Position numbers and translations under genes: made by a program. Below are positions 56,464 through 64,000 of a stretch of DNA of 64,000 bases, in pieces. How positions within the stretch are numbered: position 1 is the stretch's first letter; every line of letters starts with the position of its first letter. The stretch lies in assembly GCA_965248955.1 (NCBI GenBank), contig OZ252212.1, forward strand, positions 959,042 through 1,023,041. Direction: 5' to 3'. Origin of the DNA: Dehalococcoidia bacterium. GTDB taxonomy: Bacteria > Chloroflexota > Dehalococcoidia > Lucifugimonadales > QGNO01. Below the pieces are notes generated by a model, which was not told the origin of the DNA, ran no database searches, and was given only the letters and a program-made list of their open reading frames with translations.

Positions 56464-57681
56464 ATGGGTGGGTTCTGGGTTTTTTCCGCCATAGTAATTG
56501 TGATTCTCAGCATTCTGATCAGCTCGCTCTCTTTGCTGCTGGTGGGAACGCTCCTGCTGCTCTTTGTTCTGATTTCCAGGTGGTGGGCCGACTATAGCCT
56601 TCAAGGGGTGGAGTACAAGCACCAACTGAACTCCAACCGCGTGTTCGCCGGTGAAGACGTTCAGCTAACCACGCAGACCACGAACAAGAAGTTTCTGCCC
56701 CTGCCCTGGATTCAGATCAACGACGAGCTACCAAAAGAGGTCTCACCCAGGCAGGGCCGAGTCATAGCGTCCACTGATCCCACACGGGTTGCACTGGCTA
56801 GCGTTCTCTCCATGAGCTGGTACCATCGTATTACGCGTACTTACGATATACGGTGCCCAAACAGAGGCCACTTCTTCATTGGGCCGACGCGAATTCGTTC
56901 CGGCGATCTGTTCGGCATGCATACCCGCGAGATGCGCTTGGGAAAAGACCAGACGCTTACCGTCTATCCACGAATCTTGCCCCTCAGGGTATCATCCCTG
57001 CCATCCCTGGAACCGTATGGTGACGTGCGGGTCAAGCGCAGGTTTCTAGACGACGTAACACGGCCAATGGGCAGCAGGCGATACCTCAGCGGCGATGCAC
57101 TGCGTCACATACACTGGAAAGCCACGGCACATACCGGTCTGCTCCAGACTCGCATCTTCGAGGCGTCCACAACTCCCAACTTCGCCGTGTTCTTGGGAGC
57201 GCGAACCATAGAGCCACCTCTGCAAGGCAGCCGTCCGCACCTTCTGGAACTGAGCGTGCTTACGGTAACAGCCCTGGTCAACTATGCTTTGAGCAGGCGC
57301 ATCCCGGCAGGGGTGTACGTAAACCAGACCTCTCGCGATTCCAGGCAAACCATGCAGGTGCCCCCGGCACGCCATCCGGACCAGCTGGCGCAGGTATTGG
57401 AGGTGATGGCGCACGTCCATCCCGAAGAATCCACGCCCCTAGCCAAACTGGTAGAGGAAAAGAGCCGCGGCTTGCCCTGGAGTACTACTATCCTTGTGGC
57501 CACCGCTGTGCCGGACCAAGCGACGATCAATACGCTGATGAGGCTGCGCAAAGCCGGCTGGACCACAGCCCTAATACACGTAGGCGGTGATGCCGTGGAT
57601 TACGCCAGGGAGGGAATTGCTAGGTACACGGTGGCCAATACTATTGAATGGCAAAGTCTAGAGGAGATAGTGATTCAGTGA
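56464..57681 (+). CDS. DUF58 domain protein (MoxR partner)
   Basis: N-terminal transmembrane pair, RRYLSGDALRHIHWKATAHTGLLQTRIFE. Confidence 0.85.
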   Translation: MGGFWVFSAIVIVILSILISSLSLLLVGTLLLLFVLISRWWADYSLQGVEYKHQLNSNRVFAGEDVQLTTQTTNKKFLPLPWIQINDELPKEVSPRQGRVIASTDPTRVALASVLSMSWYHRITRTYDIRCPNRGHFFIGPTRIRSGDLFGMHTREMRLGKDQTLTVYPRILPLRVSSLPSLEPYGDVRVKRRFLDDVTRPMGSRRYLSGDALRHIHWKATAHTGLLQTRIFEASTTPNFAVFLGARTIEPPLQGSRPHLLELSVLTVTALVNYALSRRIPAGVYVNQTSRDSRQTMQVPPARHPDQLAQVLEVMAHVHPEESTPLAKLVEEKSRGLPWSTTILVATAVPDQATINTLMRLRKAGWTTALIHVGGDAVDYAREGIARYTVANTIEWQSLEEIVIQ

Positions 57682-59234
57682 CCAACTTGTCACTGCCAAA
57701 GCAAGGAATGCTGACCGGAGTTCTAACCTGGGTGAGCTCGTCGAGCGCGCTGCTCTGGGCCACGTTTCTCATGGAAGCCATGTGGTTTTACCTTTGGATG
57801 ATATGGCTGGGTCAGTGGAACAGCTTTGGCATTGGCGAGATGCCTTTCACACTCTTTTCCATCCTTTTAATCCTCTGGGCAAGCTATTACGGGGTGCAGG
57901 TCATAGGGCAACAGAAATGGCACGCGGGCAGGACTCGTCTAACGGCCAGTCTCCTGGTAGTGGCGCTTCTGGGAGCGGTGGCAAGACTGGAAAACGGCGG
58001 CGGCTATGGCCTGCTGGATCCGGGCTGGTTGGGTTTCGCACGCGAGGGCCTGGCGGGGGGGTTCCCCACAGGCCTCCAGGTAACCCTTCTAGGCGGAGCT
58101 TATCTGTGGTGGAGAGGTTTCAAAATTGCCCAAGAAGGATTGGACAGAGAGCAGGTACTCTCCTCCTTCAAGGTAGGCCTGACGGCAATTGTCCTTGGTC
58201 TGCTGGTCTGGGAAACGGCGTTGCGCTCCGGTGTAGAATTCGGAGCGACGAGAACCCAGGCGATTGCCATTGCGTCTGTCTTCTTCTTGTCAGGCGTTTC
58301 CGCCCTAGCGTTAAGCCACATCATGCGAGCCAGGGCAGACCTGGCAAGGCATGAAGGCTTACAACAGAACTTCATAACTCAGTGGTCCGTGGTGCTTCTG
58401 TGTGTTGCAGGGGGAATGTTGCTGTTGGGATGGATCCTGGCAGGATTGCTGTCCCTGGACGTTTGGCAGCCCCTGTTAAACGTCTTGGCATTCGCCGCCA
58501 ACCTGATGGGGCTGCTGGTCTATGTAATACTGCTTCCAATTGCCTTTCTAGCCGCTGGCCTGGTCTTCGCCGTGCAATGGCTAGTCAGCCAGTTCGGGGG
58601 GGGAACCGTACCAAGGCTGGAGCTGCCCGACTTCAGCGCCCTTAGAAGGATACCGGAGGAGGGAGACCCAGTCACCGGTGCACCAGTATGGGTTGTGATA
58701 GTGAAGTGGGCAGTGCTTGTATTGGTGCTGGGCGCCCTGGTCTACTTGCTGGCAAGGCTGGTGCTTAGACGGCGCTCCGGTTTCACTGTTGGCGAGAGTG
58801 TACCTGAAGTCAATGAATCTATAGGGACATGGTCAAACGCGATTCGTGACCTTCTTACAGGACTTATCATGTTCGCCCTGTGGTTCAGACGCAAGGGAAG
58901 GGCTTTGCGCCGCAAGTTGCCCTTGCCCCGGACTTCTCCCGCACCCAGCTACCAAGGCGACATGGAAATTAGAAAGCTGTACAGCAGCCTTCTCTACGAA
59001 ACAAGGCAAGCCGGGTTCCCCAAGGAGGAAAGCGAGACCCCTTACGACTACCTACCTGAGTTGGAGCAGCGACTGGTTGAGGACAGAGAGGCTTTGCAGG
59101 CCATAACAAAGGACTACGTAGAGAGCCGCTACGGTGAGCGTCCTATTGCGGGCGCGGAACTGAGCATGCTGAACCGTTTATGGCGAACGCTGGTGCTGCA
59201 CATACGCAATCCGGGCAGCAAAAAAAAGAGCTAG
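57678..59234 (+). CDS. Polytopic membrane protein with C-terminal DUF4129 domain
   Basis: GTG overlaps the DUF58 stop (GTGA); an alternative ATG lies at 57648. The C-terminus ETPYDYLPELE...DYVESRYGERP fits the DUF4129 pattern. Confidence 0.7.
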   Translation: MTNLSLPKQGMLTGVLTWVSSSSALLWATFLMEAMWFYLWMIWLGQWNSFGIGEMPFTLFSILLILWASYYGVQVIGQQKWHAGRTRLTASLLVVALLGAVARLENGGGYGLLDPGWLGFAREGLAGGFPTGLQVTLLGGAYLWWRGFKIAQEGLDREQVLSSFKVGLTAIVLGLLVWETALRSGVEFGATRTQAIAIASVFFLSGVSALALSHIMRARADLARHEGLQQNFITQWSVVLLCVAGGMLLLGWILAGLLSLDVWQPLLNVLAFAANLMGLLVYVILLPIAFLAAGLVFAVQWLVSQFGGGTVPRLELPDFSALRRIPEEGDPVTGAPVWVVIVKWAVLVLVLGALVYLLARLVLRRRSGFTVGESVPEVNESIGTWSNAIRDLLTGLIMFALWFRRKGRALRRKLPLPRTSPAPSYQGDMEIRKLYSSLLYETRQAGFPKEESETPYDYLPELEQRLVEDREALQAITKDYVESRYGERPIAGAELSMLNRLWRTLVLHIRNPGSKKKS

Positions 59235-59291
59235 CCGCTGCGCTTCCGTTGTGCTGGAAAGCTGCGTGGCAGGCTTTAACTCTATGTGAAA

Positions 59292-59323
59292 GGGAGAGCC
59301 CATCCTCACGGGTGGGCTCTCCC
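59292..59323 (-). terminator. Hairpin terminator between convergent DUF4129 gene and rpoC
   Basis: An 11-bp stem gggagagccca / tgggctctccc with a 9-nt loop. On the minus strand it is followed by TTTCAC. Confidence 0.6.
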
Positions 59324-59345
59324 TTCAGGCGCCGACACCTATTTC

Positions 59346-63353
<4,008 letters not shown>

Positions 63354-63446
63354 GCTTTCCAGTTCTCCTTGATGTAATGGGCTCTAAGGCTTTCTAACCC
63401 CCTAAATCCTCCAGACCCTGTCCTTGGGCATATCCCAGGGTCTTCT

Positions 63447-64000
<554 letters not shown>

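Overview
This is a 64-kb bacterial chromosomal window that is GC-rich by eye, with three short low-GC islets. RpoB/RpoC, FtsH, many lipobox proteins with Thr/Pro-rich linkers and a short RND pump suggest a Chloroflexota-like organism; this is inference only. I found no rRNA, no convincing tRNA and no CRISPR array.

The right half (about 33-64 kb) is ordinary, tightly packed housekeeping. It holds an SDR epimerase, nhaA, an RraA-like protein, GNAT, chrA, bioY, a hicBA module, pepN, a GYD protein, a CaCA antiporter, a greA-like gene, ftsH, fumC, an RND pump, fabI, a MoxR-DUF58-DUF4129 operon, rpoC and the 3' end of rpoB.

The left half (about 4-33 kb) is an accessory patchwork. Intact metabolic genes include a MetE-like methyltransferase, an ABC-2 exporter, an agmatinase-family enzyme, tenA, a homocysteine S-methyltransferase, an ABC-F ATPase, a sarcosine-oxidase-like enzyme and MscS. 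These are interleaved with at least ten gene fragments:
- C5-MTase, SAM-MTase and DUF262 fragments
- FAD-oxidase N- and C-terminal fragments
- alpha-2-macroglobulin and HsdR fragments
- a DUF385 fragment, a large serine recombinase fragment (two copies) and an IS5 transposase fragment
- RCC1-like and FN3-like pieces

This half also holds two Thr/Pro-linker metalloprotease lipoproteins and a mobile-element-like module at 17.8-20.4 kb.

The most interesting signal is an unannotated dispersed repeat family with core CCGCCCACGAGTACCGCAGTTTTT. It has at least 12 copies of about 45-270 nt, carries variable hairpins, and most copies abut gene fragments or truncation points. One inverted pair brackets a 6.3-kb segment. 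Six copies lie inside two ~885-bp direct repeats, a 2346-bp-period partial duplication. I cannot assign the family to any known RNA or mobile-element class from sequence alone.
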